Assembly: GCF_963921235.1 (NCBI RefSeq)
Contig: NW_026948158.1
Location: 248,001-312,000 of the forward strand
Direction of reading: 5' to 3'
DNA from: Mobula hypostoma
Lineage: Eukaryota
Length of the DNA stretch: 64,000 nt
In this document: one piece after another, positions 51,790 to 64,000 of the stretch
How the letters are laid out: each line of letters starts with the position of its first letter
Position numbering within the stretch: the first letter of the stretch is position 1
The notes under the pieces: generated by a model
The model's database searches: none
Told to the model about the DNA's origin: nothing
Seen by the model: only the letters and a program-made list of their open reading frames with translations
Position numbers and translations under genes: made by a program

Positions 51790-51980
51790 TTTGCAAATGT
51801 CAGTTTATTTCGGCGGTGAGACGGTATTTTTCGCGCTTAACAGTTGCTGTCTCTTGATTGGTGAATAAGGCAGCTCTCTGATTGGAATATTTGCTCTTTC
51901 CAATCAGATCAGGCACTGTTTCACCAATCATAAACGCCCCACTACATTCCGCACCCCCCGCCCCGCCTGCATCAGAAGGG
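51790..51980. promoter_or_regulatory. Orphan histone-type promoter module (4 CCAAT boxes, E2F-like site, GC boxes), no adjacent ORF
   Basis: TTTTCGCGC 51828, ATTGG 51857 and 51881, CCAAT 51900 and 51924, ACTACATTCC 51941, CCCCGCCCCGCC ~51956-51967. Confidence 0.7.
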
Positions 51981-52029
51981 CGATTTCCAGAAGCCTGATT
52001 TCTAATGGTCAAGACTTCAAGTTTATTTC

Positions 52030-53720
52030 TGATTTATCAAATCTATGTGATGTTATATGTATCAGGAAACCTGATTTGTTACCACATTTAACTTCTTCCT
52101 TCCAGTGTTATATTGTAATTAAGCGTGATAGATTGGTTGGTAGAGGAGGTGGTGTTGCAAGTTTTTTAAAGAGAGGGAGAGGGCATAGAGTTGTGGATGT
52201 AAATGAAATGTATGAGGCATTTGAAGACACGTTTGATTCTACAGGTAGGGGCAATAAAGTGGTATATTATTATAACGTCGACTGTCCCTCTTCCTAGAGA
52301 TGCTGCCTGGCCTGCTGCGTTCACCAGCAACTTTTATGCGTGTTGCTTGAAATTCCAGCATCTGTAGATTTCCTCGTGGTTGTGTTATTATAACCATTGT
52401 GGAAAGCTTTCGATTGATTTGTTGGAGAGTATATGTAGCTCTAGCTCACTAAGGGTTGTATGGTGTGGGGATTTTAACACATCGTTAGTTCACTGTGGGG
52501 TTGTTCTCAGACAGGTGATGTTTTGTTTATAGAAGAGTTTCAGATATTTCATATCCAGTTAGTCTTTATGGTGGGAGAGGTACGAGATTTAATGTTCATA
52601 ATAGTTTTGAAAATGCTGTAAATTTAACTTTAGTTTTGAACATTGGAGTGAGTAGTGGGATGTCATGGGAGATGAGGCATTGGGGAGTGATCATTTTCCT
52701 ATGTTTATAAGCTTGGGTTTGGATTTATATAGGGGGCCTGAGGCCACTTTTAGGAGGTGGAACTCTGGTAAAGCAAATTGGGAGAAGTTTGAATGTTTTA
52801 TGTGCTGAGCGTCTGTCTGGACTGAATGGTGAGGATGATGTGGATTTCTGCAAAGAAACGTTGTCACATTATCCGTCAAATAGTGGTGGAAGAGAATCAA
52901 TTTAAAAAGTGCATTAGTGGGAGGAAAGCTGTACCACGGTGGACGGAGGAGTGTGCAGAGGCAGTTACTGAGAGAAACGTGGCATTTCGGAAAGTTACGA
53001 AGTATCACTCTCCACGTGATCATATTAAGTGTAACAGTTCACAGGCCGTGGTAAGGAAAGTAATGAAGCTTGTGAAAAAGATTTACTGGAGGTCATATTG
53101 GAAGTATTGGAAGGAATATTAAACTTGAAGATGTTTAGGGAATGACTAAGAAAATGGGGGTGTGGGATTCATAGGGTTCCGAATATTGATTAAAGTAGGT
53201 AATACAATTGTTCCTGAAAGAGAGACGGTTTAGTCCTGGCTCGGTGACTTGCTGCAATTCATGATCAAAATAGGTGGAGAGACTAAACAATGTAGGGATA
53301 AGGTTTTACAAGAATACCTTAGTGTGTTGGAAACCAGCTGTAGCAATGATAGTATTAGTGATGTAGAGTTTCTTTGTGTGAATTTAAGAAAGCTATTTAT
53401 AGTACAGGTCAGACGGCTCCAGGAAAGAATGATACATGTTGTTGCATGTTTAAACATATGGTCAACAAGTCTTTAGAGATAATATTACATTTCTGAATTA
53501 TAATTGGAGTTCAGGGCATCTTCACTCCTCATGGAAAATGGCAATTGTGTCTATTCTAAAACCTGGGAAACCCCGTTGGATCCTCCTAGATATAGACCAA
53601 TATCACTGACGTCCCATTTGTGTAAACTTACGGAATGGATGGTAATAGTGTGGTTGAATTATATTTTGGAAAAGGGAGGTGACCTGCTGTTGTTAACATA
53701 CTGGATTAATTTGAGGGGCA
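52030..53720 (+). mobile_element. Decayed I/Nimb-like LINE (APE endonuclease plus RT N-terminus)
   Basis: RDRLVGRGGGVASF, GDFN, KAVPRWTEECAEAV.ERN.AFR, YRPISLTSHLCKL.E.MV. Confidence 0.7.
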
Positions 53721-53769
53721 AGTGCTGGTTCCACGCCACATGTTTCAAAAGCAGTCAATGATTTTATGC

Positions 53770-54630
53770 AGGAAACTCCACAGCTGCTTGAACACAGCAA
53801 GCTTCCACAAACAATATACTCAATGGAGATGTCAATCCATGGCCTCACATACTGACACAATGAGGCCACACTCAGGTAGGAGGAACAACACGTTGCATTC
53901 TGTCTGGGCAGACTCGAATCTGATGGCACTAACATCGATTTCTTGATCTTCCAGTCAAGCCTCCCCTCCCTCATCATTCCCAATCCCCCTTTCCCTCTCG
54001 TTGCCTGCCCATCGCCTCCCTCCAGTGTTCCTCCCCGCTTTTCATTCATCCATGGCCTCCTGTTCTCTCCTGTCAGATTACCCCTTCTCCAGCCCTGTAT
54101 CTCTTTCACCGATCAACCTCCCAGCTCTTTACTTCATCTCTCCCCCTCCCAGTTCCACCTGTCACTTTGTGTTTCTCTCTCCCCTCCCCCACCTTTGAAA
54201 TTTACTCCTCATTGTTTTTTCTCCAGTCCTGCTGAAGAATCTCGACCCAAAACGTCAGCTGTACTTTTATCCACAGATGCTGCCTGGCCTGCGGAGTTTC
54301 TCCAGCGTGTTGTGTGTGTTCCTTGGATTTCCAGCATCTGCAGATTTTCTCCTGATTATTACTCAATGTCAACAGGCATTTTGTGTGACAACTGTCAAAG
54401 TCCCACTCACTTCGAAATGCAGATATGAAACTCGAGGTTCAGCAGATGCTGGGAATAAACTGTAAAATAACACACACAAAGTACTGTGGGAACTCAGCAG
54501 GTCAGGCAGCAGCTAAGCAGAGAAATACACGGTCTAGTTAGGATGAAGTGTCCTGGCCCATGATATCAACTATTTATTCCTCTCCATAGATGCTGCTGGG
54601 GCCACTGACTCCCTCCAGCATTTTGCAAAC
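53770..54630 (+). mobile_element. Penelope-like 3' end plus a fold-back terminus element
   Basis: Degenerate ...EEQH..F.LG, pyrimidine-rich 3' UTR, gatgctgcctggcctgc core. Confidence 0.75.
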
Positions 54631-55404
54631 ATAAACTTCTTTTTTCAGTCAATCAGTTTCCAAATGTTCCTAAACTTTCACTTGTAGCCTCATCCTCCTG
54701 GTCTGATTCCTTCCTTCTACTCCACGTAAACTCGAGCCTCCATCAGATCTGGAGCCCCAAAGCCCTCATTTGTGTTGACCTCTCTTGTTTCTGCTCCACC
54801 ATTCTGCTGTCGTACTTTAGAGGAGAGTGTTGTATTGCAACAGCCCGGCAGTGTGAGGCACAGCCCTTCGAAATAAGTGAAAATGACACAAAACAATGAC
54901 TAGAGCAGGGCAGAAAGACTTTAACTACACAAGACTTCATCCTCGGTCCAGAGCCGTGAGGGATGAGGAATATTTGGGACAAAACCCCAGTAAATTCATC
55001 TTCTGCAGTTTACAGAAAGTCATGGAGTGAATTCAAGGTAAACCTCTTCATCCCCAGACCGGTGACCAGTTACATCCTGAACATTATAGGGTGAGTGAGT
55101 GGTGAACAGCAGGGATGGGTTTGAAAGCTCTGGTGTGCAATAGGAACACAAGCAGGTACCAGCTGGACTGAGTAGCCTCTCGACTGTTCATTATCGGTGT
55201 GACAGGGAGGAAGCACCTGAGACACGGGATTTGAAATGGAACTGATCTATTTGTCTATGACAGATCCACAATATTGAACACCGGTGTATTTTAAGATGGT
55301 GGGATGAACCCCCTCAATGCTCAGTGACCAGGGTTCAGTCCTGGATCTGATGAGCAGCCACAATATCTGTGGAATCTGACATTAACAGTCCCATATAGAG
55401 CTTA

Positions 55405-55709
55405 TTTTAACTTCCTCCCTGGTGAACTTGCTGGTGTTTCAGCAGGTGCAGTGCCCTGATCTAATGAATCCCTTCCAAAATGAGTGGTAGTGAACGTCAG
55501 CTCACTGGTATCAACTCTATGGCCATTTATCAGGTCAGTCCATGGACAAGTGCATGTATTGGGACTCTGGTGTGCTGTCTTCTCAACCATCTCCCCCTTC
55601 ATATTCAGTGATTGGTAGCATTCAAATGCTGGGGAACTGACAGACACAGCAGAAGTGACACGCTGTTGCATTTGAGATTCTCAGACAGAAATTCTTTGCC
55701 TTTTCTGCC
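55405..55709 (-). pseudogene. Degenerate C2H2 zinc-finger gene exon
   Basis: Acceptor ttttacAG at 55711-55710. HRVDTSELTFT resembles HRVHTGERPFT; after frameshifts come GG AAG GGA TTC (GKGF) and CAC CTG CTG AAA CAC CAG CAA GTT CAC (HLLKHQQVH, 55448-55422). Confidence 0.6.
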
Positions 55710-56225
55710 CTGTAAAATGTTTGCAAAGAAGATCAACAGGTGAAAGAGAATATATCTCAGTGAGGCTGAACACTGTCTGGAGGAACAACACTTGTAACTG
55801 GGCATAGTTCAGGCATAAGGACACAACATCAAATTCTCTGTTTTCCTCTCTGCCCATCAAGCTGTAACTTGGCTCAGTGTGTCTCTCTCCATTAGTACAG
55901 TTTCACATTCTGGGTATCTCCCACAGACCTACTAAGCACACAATACAAACAGAGCTGCTTTGTGAGAGTTTCTGCTGATTGTGACCCTGCTGGCATTCGA
56001 CGGTGGTAAACTCAGAGTCAGCAATGCCATTGAACATCAAGAGAATGTGATCAGGCTTTCTCGGTGCAGACTGACACTGCGGTATTCTTGCAGTGTGAAG
56101 GCTTTTACAAATAAAATGGCATGAGGCATTTTCAGTTTCAGGAAAACCATAACTCATTAATTATCCTACAAACACAGAAACATAAAGCACAGTTTAAAAA
56201 ACAACCTCATGTACTTCCATCGTAA

Positions 56226-56693
<468 letters not shown>

Positions 56694-56723
56694 AGCGACG
56701 TAAGCTGAACCTATTTACCCAAA

Positions 56724-56739
56724 GGCTCTTTTCAGAGCC
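56724..56739 (+). other. Histone 3' stem-loop (H2A)
   Basis: CCCAAA-GGCTCTTTTCAGAGCC-ACTCA. Confidence 0.95.
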
Positions 56740-57929
56740 ACTCACAGTGTCTGTGGAAGGGCTGAGCAGCGGGTGATTTCCGTTCAGAGTATCTGGGCTG
56801 TGTATCTGTCACGGCCCCGACCGGAGCCATCCCTGGCAACGTTTTCTCTCCTTCCGTCGTGTTTCTTCCGCGAATTAAACCGGTATAAATCTGCACAGTA
56901 CGCGGTCCGCTTCACCCTGACTCATTCCCCCTCTCTGCTGGCTGAATGGAGCTCTGTCCCCTTGCGGGGTGGGGAAATGAACTTCCAGAGTCAGCCCCCG
57001 GAGGGTGAATTTAATCTCCGATCATTGAACGATTCCGGTCTTCATGACCTGAAACCGTGTTGTCTGGGTTTCACATTGCGGGTTGACCCTGGACCGTTCC
57101 GGTGTGCAGCAGACGGGAACACCGCCTGCCGATCGCTTCATGAGCAATTCCCACCGCCTCACAGAACAATAATATTTGCAGCTTTACATTTATCTAGAAA
57201 AGTACATTTACCCTATGGAACTGACAGTATTTACTAAAAATCTCGTCCACCTGGGTCTCTGAAATATAAATGAACATTTTGCAAAGAAAGGGTCAGTTTG
57301 GTCAGACCTCCCGAGACACGGCTCCCTCTGTGAGGCGGTGGGTCGCTCTGAGAACAGACTTTTGTTTGTGCCAGGGAGAAAAGGGAAGGGGTGGGTGGAT
57401 CGACAAGGAGGTTCAGTGCTGTCCTGACTCTAGTTGGAACTTCTAAACACTGATGGATAAAACCGGACACAGAATAAATTCTGCTCCACCAACCCTTTTG
57501 CAGTGCGGCGGTCCCAGTCCACATGATGGGGCAATCCCCAGGGATGTCTTCTCTAAGTACCACTGAGATGGTCTCCCTGGTCAAACACATCTCTCCGTCT
57601 CTCTCCCCTCCACTCCATCGTACCTGCAGCATTTGTACTGTGAAACTGAGTTGCCGGTCCTGCCCCTCCGACAACCATTTTCTGTTGGGGATAACCACAC
57701 ACTGCTCCAGTCCACCCAGCTGAAAATGGGTACGGGCAAATGCTGGGGGTTAACCTCGCGATAGACTGGCGACCTATGGGGTGGGGGGGGGGGGTAGTCT
57801 CGTACTCTCAGTCGCTTTACGCCACAGAAACCGGCATAAGCACCGGCCTGATGGGCCACAAGGCTCGGGACAGACTTTAACTTTTAAATATAATATCCCA
57901 GTCTCATGCACGGATCCATGCCCAGGGGT

Positions 57930-60900
57930 CATCTGCTGTTCAGAGAACAAAGGACAGTACAGGAGTGGCCCTTTGGCCCTTCTCTACATATTCCTGTGTC
58001 TGTCTAAGATTTCCTTAAATACTCCTGCGCTCTCTGCCTCTGCCACCACCCCTGACAGTGCATTCCATGTCTCCATCAATCTGTTGTCTTCACTTTCTTC
58101 CTCTGAGCTTAAATACATCCCTTTTGTGAAAAATATTACTGGCTGTCTACACCAACTATGACCACAAAATTCCACAGGTTTCTATCAAATCTCTCCTGAG
58201 CCGACGCCACTTCAGAAGAAAAAGTTTCAGCATGTCGAGCCTCTCCTCAGCGCACACCTCCTCCAGACATCCTGTTCCAAACCCTCCACATGCTTCCTAT
58301 AATGAGGTGATCAGAACTGAACACTGTACTCTCAATGTGGCCTCACCAGCATTTTATAAACCTGTAACATCATGTCCTTGGTGCCTTGCCTGATGAAGGT
58401 AAACATGCCATACACCGACTTTACCTCCCTGTCAACCTGTGCTCCCAGTTTTAGGGAACCGATGTCTCTGAACCTCAATATCCTTCTCTTTGTCAACACT
58501 GTTAATGTTCCTACCATTAACTGTGCACACCCTTGATGTTGGATCTCCCAAAGTGCAGCCCTAGGTATCCTTTTCACCACAGTGAATGTATGGAATGCAA
58601 TGGGATTATCTTCAATCCTACTTGCTGGAGATTTTTCATCACTGTTTCCAGCTCTCCGAATGTTCTTGAGTTCCCCTGTTTTTCAAATATAGTCCTCAAA
58701 CACCCTGTTTGATTCCAGCTTCCTGAGCCTTACGTATGCTTCTTCCTCCTCCTTGATTAAATTCTTGTCTCATCATCCAAGGTTCCTGAAACTTGCCATC
58801 CTTGACCCTCCCTCTCACTGGAACAAACTGGCCCTGAAACGCTGCACTGGTCCTTAAACAAACTCCAGGTCAGATGTGGATTTGACTCAAAATCCATCAT
58901 TACATAATGCTGTGCCTGGCATCTAACTTAGCTTCAATCTCTCCATTCAGTGACTGGTGTTCTGTTTCACATCCGCCTGTCAATCTCATTTCAACCCTCA
59001 AAGGGAGCAGCAATGAACTTCATGATCCTGACTGCTCTCCAGTGAAACTGCAAACTATCCCTCTTGTAAATGTCACCCCAGCACCAGAAGAGGTTCCAAT
59101 GTTCCATAATCCTGAAACCCTGTCCCTGTATCAGCTCCTCAGCCACACATTCATCTGCTCTCACTTTCTGTTTGTATCCCTAGTACCACAGGGCACTGGG
59201 AGTAAACTGGAGATTACAACATTTCAGGTTCCGCTCCATAACTTCTTCCCTCTCTATATTCACTGTGGGACATTATCCCTTTTCTACCTGTCCATTGGTA
59301 CTGACGTGAATCACCATCTCCAGCTGAATGATCACCGTCCCCCTGTTCTGTATCTGCTCTGAGATGTCCCTGACTCTCAGAGGATTTACAACTTTTAAAA
59401 CCAACAAAAGGCAACGAGAAAAGTCATAAAGAGAGGAAACATTTGGAATACGAAGGTAAGCGAGCCACTGGTATTAAAGAGGTTACCAGAAGTTACTTCA
59501 GATATACAAAGTGTAAAAGAGAGGCAAAAGTAGATATTGGTTCACTGGAAGTTGTTACTGGAGAGGTAGTAATGTGGTACAGGAAAATGGCAGACAAACT
59601 GAATAAGTATTGTGCATCGGTCTTCACTGGCAAAGTCATCAGCAGTCTGCTGGAAATTCGAGAGAATCAGGGGGCAGAAATGAGAGATTTTGCCTTTACT
59701 AGGGAGATGGTCCTTGGAAAACTGAAAGTTCTGAGGTTAGATAATTCACCTGGACCAGATTGTCTACACCGGTGCTATGAAAGATGTGGCTGAAGAGATT
59801 GTGGCAGTTTTAGTAATGTTTTTTCCATAATCTCTGGATTCTGGTGTGGTTCCAGAGAACAGGAAAATTGCAAAGGTCATCCACTCTTAAAGAAGAGGGG
59901 GAAGCAGAAGAAAGCAAATCATAGGCCAGCTCGTCCGATCTCAGTGTTTGGGAAGATGATGGAGTCAATTGTCAAGGATATATTTTCGGGTACTTGGCAA
60001 CACATGAAAAAATAGGCCAACATCAGCATGGTTTCCTTTAATCAGTCCTCACCAAAGACTTGTGTATCTGCAACACTTCTTCTCAGCTCTTGTACTCAGT
60101 GACATGAATGATGAAGGCTGGCAGATCAAACCCCATCTTCACCACCGTATCTAGCTGAGATGTCACTTTCAGTGAATTATACATTCACATGGACATTATT
60201 TATATAAATTACAAACAACAAAGGTCCCACCACCCAGTGGCACATCACTAGACAGACAGCTCCAGTCTGAGACACAACCTTCAACCATCAGCCTCTGCCT
60301 CTTGTCACAGAGGGAATTATGAAATCAATCAACTATCTCCCCAGATTCCGTTTTCTAGATCTAACCTTCCAGACTATAGTTAAAGGCCTGGCCAATGTCC
60401 ATACAGACAACATCCACAGGCCTAACCTCATCTACGTCCTTGTGAAACTCCTCAAAGAGCTTCAAGAAATTTGCCTTGATTTCCCTTGCACAAAACTGTG
60501 CTGACTGTCTAGAATCAAACCAAATGTTGGTAGATCCCATTCTTCAGAAACCCCTACAACAAATTACAGAGTGATGGGCCTGGAGCTTCCACTACCCTTT
60601 TTAAACAATGGCACCGCATAAACCATCAGTCCTGAAGTCACAGGAGCAGGATTAGGCCTTTTGGCCCATTCAGTCTGTTCTGCCATTCCATCATATATCC
60701 CTCTCAACCCCATTCTCCTGCCTTCTACCCATAAACTTTGATACCCTTAATAATAATTAAAAATCTACTAATCTCTGCTTTAAATAAATCTACTGACTGC
60801 CTTTATGGCAGCCTGTGGAAATGAAATCCATTGATTCATCACCTTCTGACTGAAGAAATTACTCATCTCTATTCTAGAGGGGCATCTTTTATTGAGGGTG

Positions 60901-63900
60901 TGGTTTGGTTCTAGATTCCTCCATTATTGGAAACATCCTCTCACATCAACGCTATCTAGGCCGTTCAATATTCAATGTGTTTCTATAAGATTCTCCCTCA
61001 TTCTTCTAGACTCCAGTGAGTACAGGCCCAGATCATCAAATAATTATTATATCCTAACTCTTTCAGTCCTGGGATCATTCTCATGAATTTCCACTACAGC
61101 CTCTGCAATGCCAGCACATCCTTTCTTAGAAAAGTGACCCAACCCTGCTCATGATACTCCAAACGAGGTCTGACCAAAGCCTCAGCATTAGATCCTTGTT
61201 TTTATTTTCTAGTTCTCTTGAAATGCATGCAAGTATTACATTTGCCTTCCTCACTACCAACTCAATGTATACATTAACCTTTAGGGAATCGTGCACTAAG
61301 ACCCTTTGCACAACTGATTTCTGTTCTCTCCCTGATTAGAAAGAGCCTAGGCTGTTATTCCTCCTACCAGAGTACATGACCACACACTTCATTACACTGT
61401 ATTTCATCTGGCACTTCCTTGTCCATTCTCCAAATCTGTCCAAGTGCTACTGCAGACTCCCTGCTTCCTCAACACTGCCTGCCTCTTCATATCATCCACA
61501 GTCTTGGCCTCAAAACTATCAATTCCACATTGCTCACCCTGTCCAATCATGTGCAACCTCAACTGGTGCCTGAGATGAAGCAAAATAATCTCTCCCTGGC
61601 CTCCACAGTGTATTCTCCAGCTTCCCACAAAGTACGAGAATGTACCTGATCAGGCCCTGGAGATTTAACAACCTTAAAGAATTTTTGCAATGGTGAAATA
61701 ACTGTCAGAAATATTCATGGAAAGCCTCTCCTATTTCATTTGCCTCCACACAAGGGAATGATTCTGTGTCTAACTTACCTTTTCCTATGAATATACCAAG
61801 AGAATCTCTCGGGATTTTGCTCACTTTGCTTTCTGAATCATGATATCCTCCTTTTACCCTCCTAACTTTTATTAGAGATCCTATCTCTAATAATATTCTC
61901 GAATAATTTCCCGAGCATTGATCCAAGACTCACCAATCTATAATTTGTCTCTATTGCCTGAGGAACAACATGCCCTGGAATACCAGCATTCTCTTCTCTG
62001 ATCTCACTATCCTCCATGACCACATTGATGAATACTGATGAGAAGTAAAGGTTGAGTCCCTCGCACACTTCAGACATAAACCCCTCCTCTGTGCTTGCGT
62101 TGTCGTACCCTCTCCGCAGTGCCCCTTCTCACCAACGTTATTTCTTCTTCCCGTTTCACACTTCTGATTCTCTCTCTAACTTCTCTCTTGCTTGTTTCAT
62201 GTTGCCAGAGGCCTTCTCCAATTTCTACTTCTGAAATATTCCTTATTCTTCATTTTCTTTCAGTCTGAATTCATAACATCTCTCACTATGCCCCTCTGCC
62301 AGACTTTACCATCCTTGTGTTTCCTCCTCATAGAAACAGTTCTGTCTGAATTCTGACCTGATTGCTCTTAAACATCATTTACATGTTCAATGTAGACAGT
62401 TGCAATGAATTGTACCCCAAATGACCACATTACCACCAGGTCCAGTCTGTCCTTATTTACTGTTCCCAAAATGAAACTTCTATTAATGGCCAGGCTCATT
62501 TCCCAATACAATGTTTTCTCTGACCCCCTTCCCGGGTTAGACTATCCACTTCTATGTTAAGTAACATCCCAGTATTCTTCTAACATATTTAGTGATATCT
62601 GAGCCCCTGACTCTAAGGGAGTCCCAGTCAACATTGGGGAAATTAGTCACCCAATACAACTACCCTGTTGCTTTTACATCTTTCATTACCTGCTACATTT
62701 CTGTTCCTTTATCTCCTGCTGGCATTTGGGAGGCCTGTGATATAACCCCACCAGTGAATGCACCTCTCTTATCCTGAGCTCTATCCACATTGTCTCACTG
62801 GATGAAATCTCCAGTGTGTCCTCTTAGTCCCTCACCCACAATTCCATATAAAGCCTGATCTGCCATCAGCCTTCCTTGTATGTCAATCCCACTTCCCTGA
62901 TTTTACAAAACATTTATCTTCCTTCTCTTTGAATCTTTTCAGTTATCCAGCCTCCCCATTCATCTCAGTTGGAGAATTCCAGTGTTTGTTATACAGTGTC
63001 TTTTTAATCATTTGTGGCCTTGTAGAACAGTGCAGGCGTGTACTTTGGTTTCCTGCAGTCCACAGTTTTGAGTGCCACAGTCCCACACAGTCATCAGATT
63101 ATGTAAAGGGAGAGGGGGTTTGAATGAAGAGAACATGAGCAGTTGGCACATTTTGCATGTCACAGTTCCCAAGGAAATGTTGGATTGCCCATAATTCGGA
63201 ACGTGGCAAGATCCAATAAAAAGAAGTTAGACTTAACCAGAGCGGTCATTGTATGAGTGGGCCAGAATTGGAGTGGGGAGTTGAGATTTCGTCTCTTCTG
63301 AGAGATCTAGGCCATAGGTAGATATATTTTGATTTAATCTTTATTTCTTTTGTATTACACATTTAGAACAGAGGGGATGCCAGACAAGATACTTGTCTTG
63401 ATGGAAGGAGACAGAGGGTGGTCATGGCAGCTTGTTATTCAGGTTGGAGGCCTCTGACCAGTGACAGTCACAGGGATCGGTGCTGGTACTATCAGTTGTC
63501 ATCTACATTAACAATTTCTCTGACATTGTAGTGACAGTGAGTTTGCAGATGACAGCAATGTTGGTGGTAGTGTGGACTGTGAAGATTGTGTGAGAGTACA
63601 ATAGGATGGAGATTAACTGAGGAAGTCGGCCAAAGAATGGCAGAAGGATATTGACGTGGACAAGTTTGAGGTGTTGCATTATGAGAAGTTTAACCAGGGA
63701 AGGATCTGCACAGTAAATTCTTGTCCCTTGGAGAGTATTACAGAACAGAGGGTCCATGAAATACAGAAACATCATTCACTGAAAGTGACAACACAAGTAG
63801 TCAGGATGGTGAAGGTGGTGTTTGGCCTATTTGTCTTCATTGATCAGGGAACTGAGTAGAGAATTTGGGATGCCATATGACAGCTGTAAAAGTCAAAGTG

Positions 63901-64000
63901 AGACCAGGCTGTATTTTGCACAGTTCTGGTCATCCAGTTGCAGGAAAGATGTCATGAAGCTGGCAAGTGTGGAGGGAAGTTTGATGAGGATGTTACTGAC
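57930..64000. mobile_element. Mosaic of decayed CR1 LINE fragments on both strands
   Basis: LQVYKMLVRPH, KLNKYCASVFT...DNSPGPD, VVRKANVILACISR, VTTQVVRMVKVVFG. Confidence 0.8.

Noticed and set aside
56168-56176. AAACACA (H1-specific AC box) upstream of H2A
   Set aside because: Short common heptamer in A/C-rich DNA, with no H1 coding remnant nearby.

Overview
Vertebrate nuclear DNA, almost certainly from a cartilaginous fish and probably a ray. This is inferred from the GPR139-like gene, the histone sequences and the CR1/Penelope/Tc1 repeat content. The window is repeat-dense. Intact genes: a two-exon GPR139-like class A GPCR (minus strand, exons 5503-5434 and 4059-3158, 323 aa), three co-oriented replication-dependent histone genes (H4, H2B, H2A, each with a 3' stem-loop), and three intact-looking tRNA genes (Asp-GTC, iMet-CAT, Gly-CCC), plus four tRNA pseudogenes. 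Main structure not shown by the ORF track: (1) the tRNA cluster is an old inverted duplication (~19.1-21.5 kb vs ~25.2-29.6 kb) whose paralogues decayed reciprocally; (2) the Gly tRNA is a Gly-TCC body carrying a CCC anticodon; (3) there are gene-less histone-type promoters (an H4 promoter copy, and a CCAAT module apparently separated from the H2A TATA box by ~4.25 kb); (4) a motif-dense CpG promoter with a possible short first exon sits at ~31.2 kb; (5) there is an endogenous retrovirus env remnant and a C2H2 zinc-finger remnant; (6) many Penelope-terminus repeats carry decayed minimal hammerhead-ribozyme motifs, some as fold-back mini-elements with target-site duplications. Most short ORFs in the track are repeat-derived or spurious. 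Transposon boundaries are approximate, and family names come from recognised motifs, not database searches.
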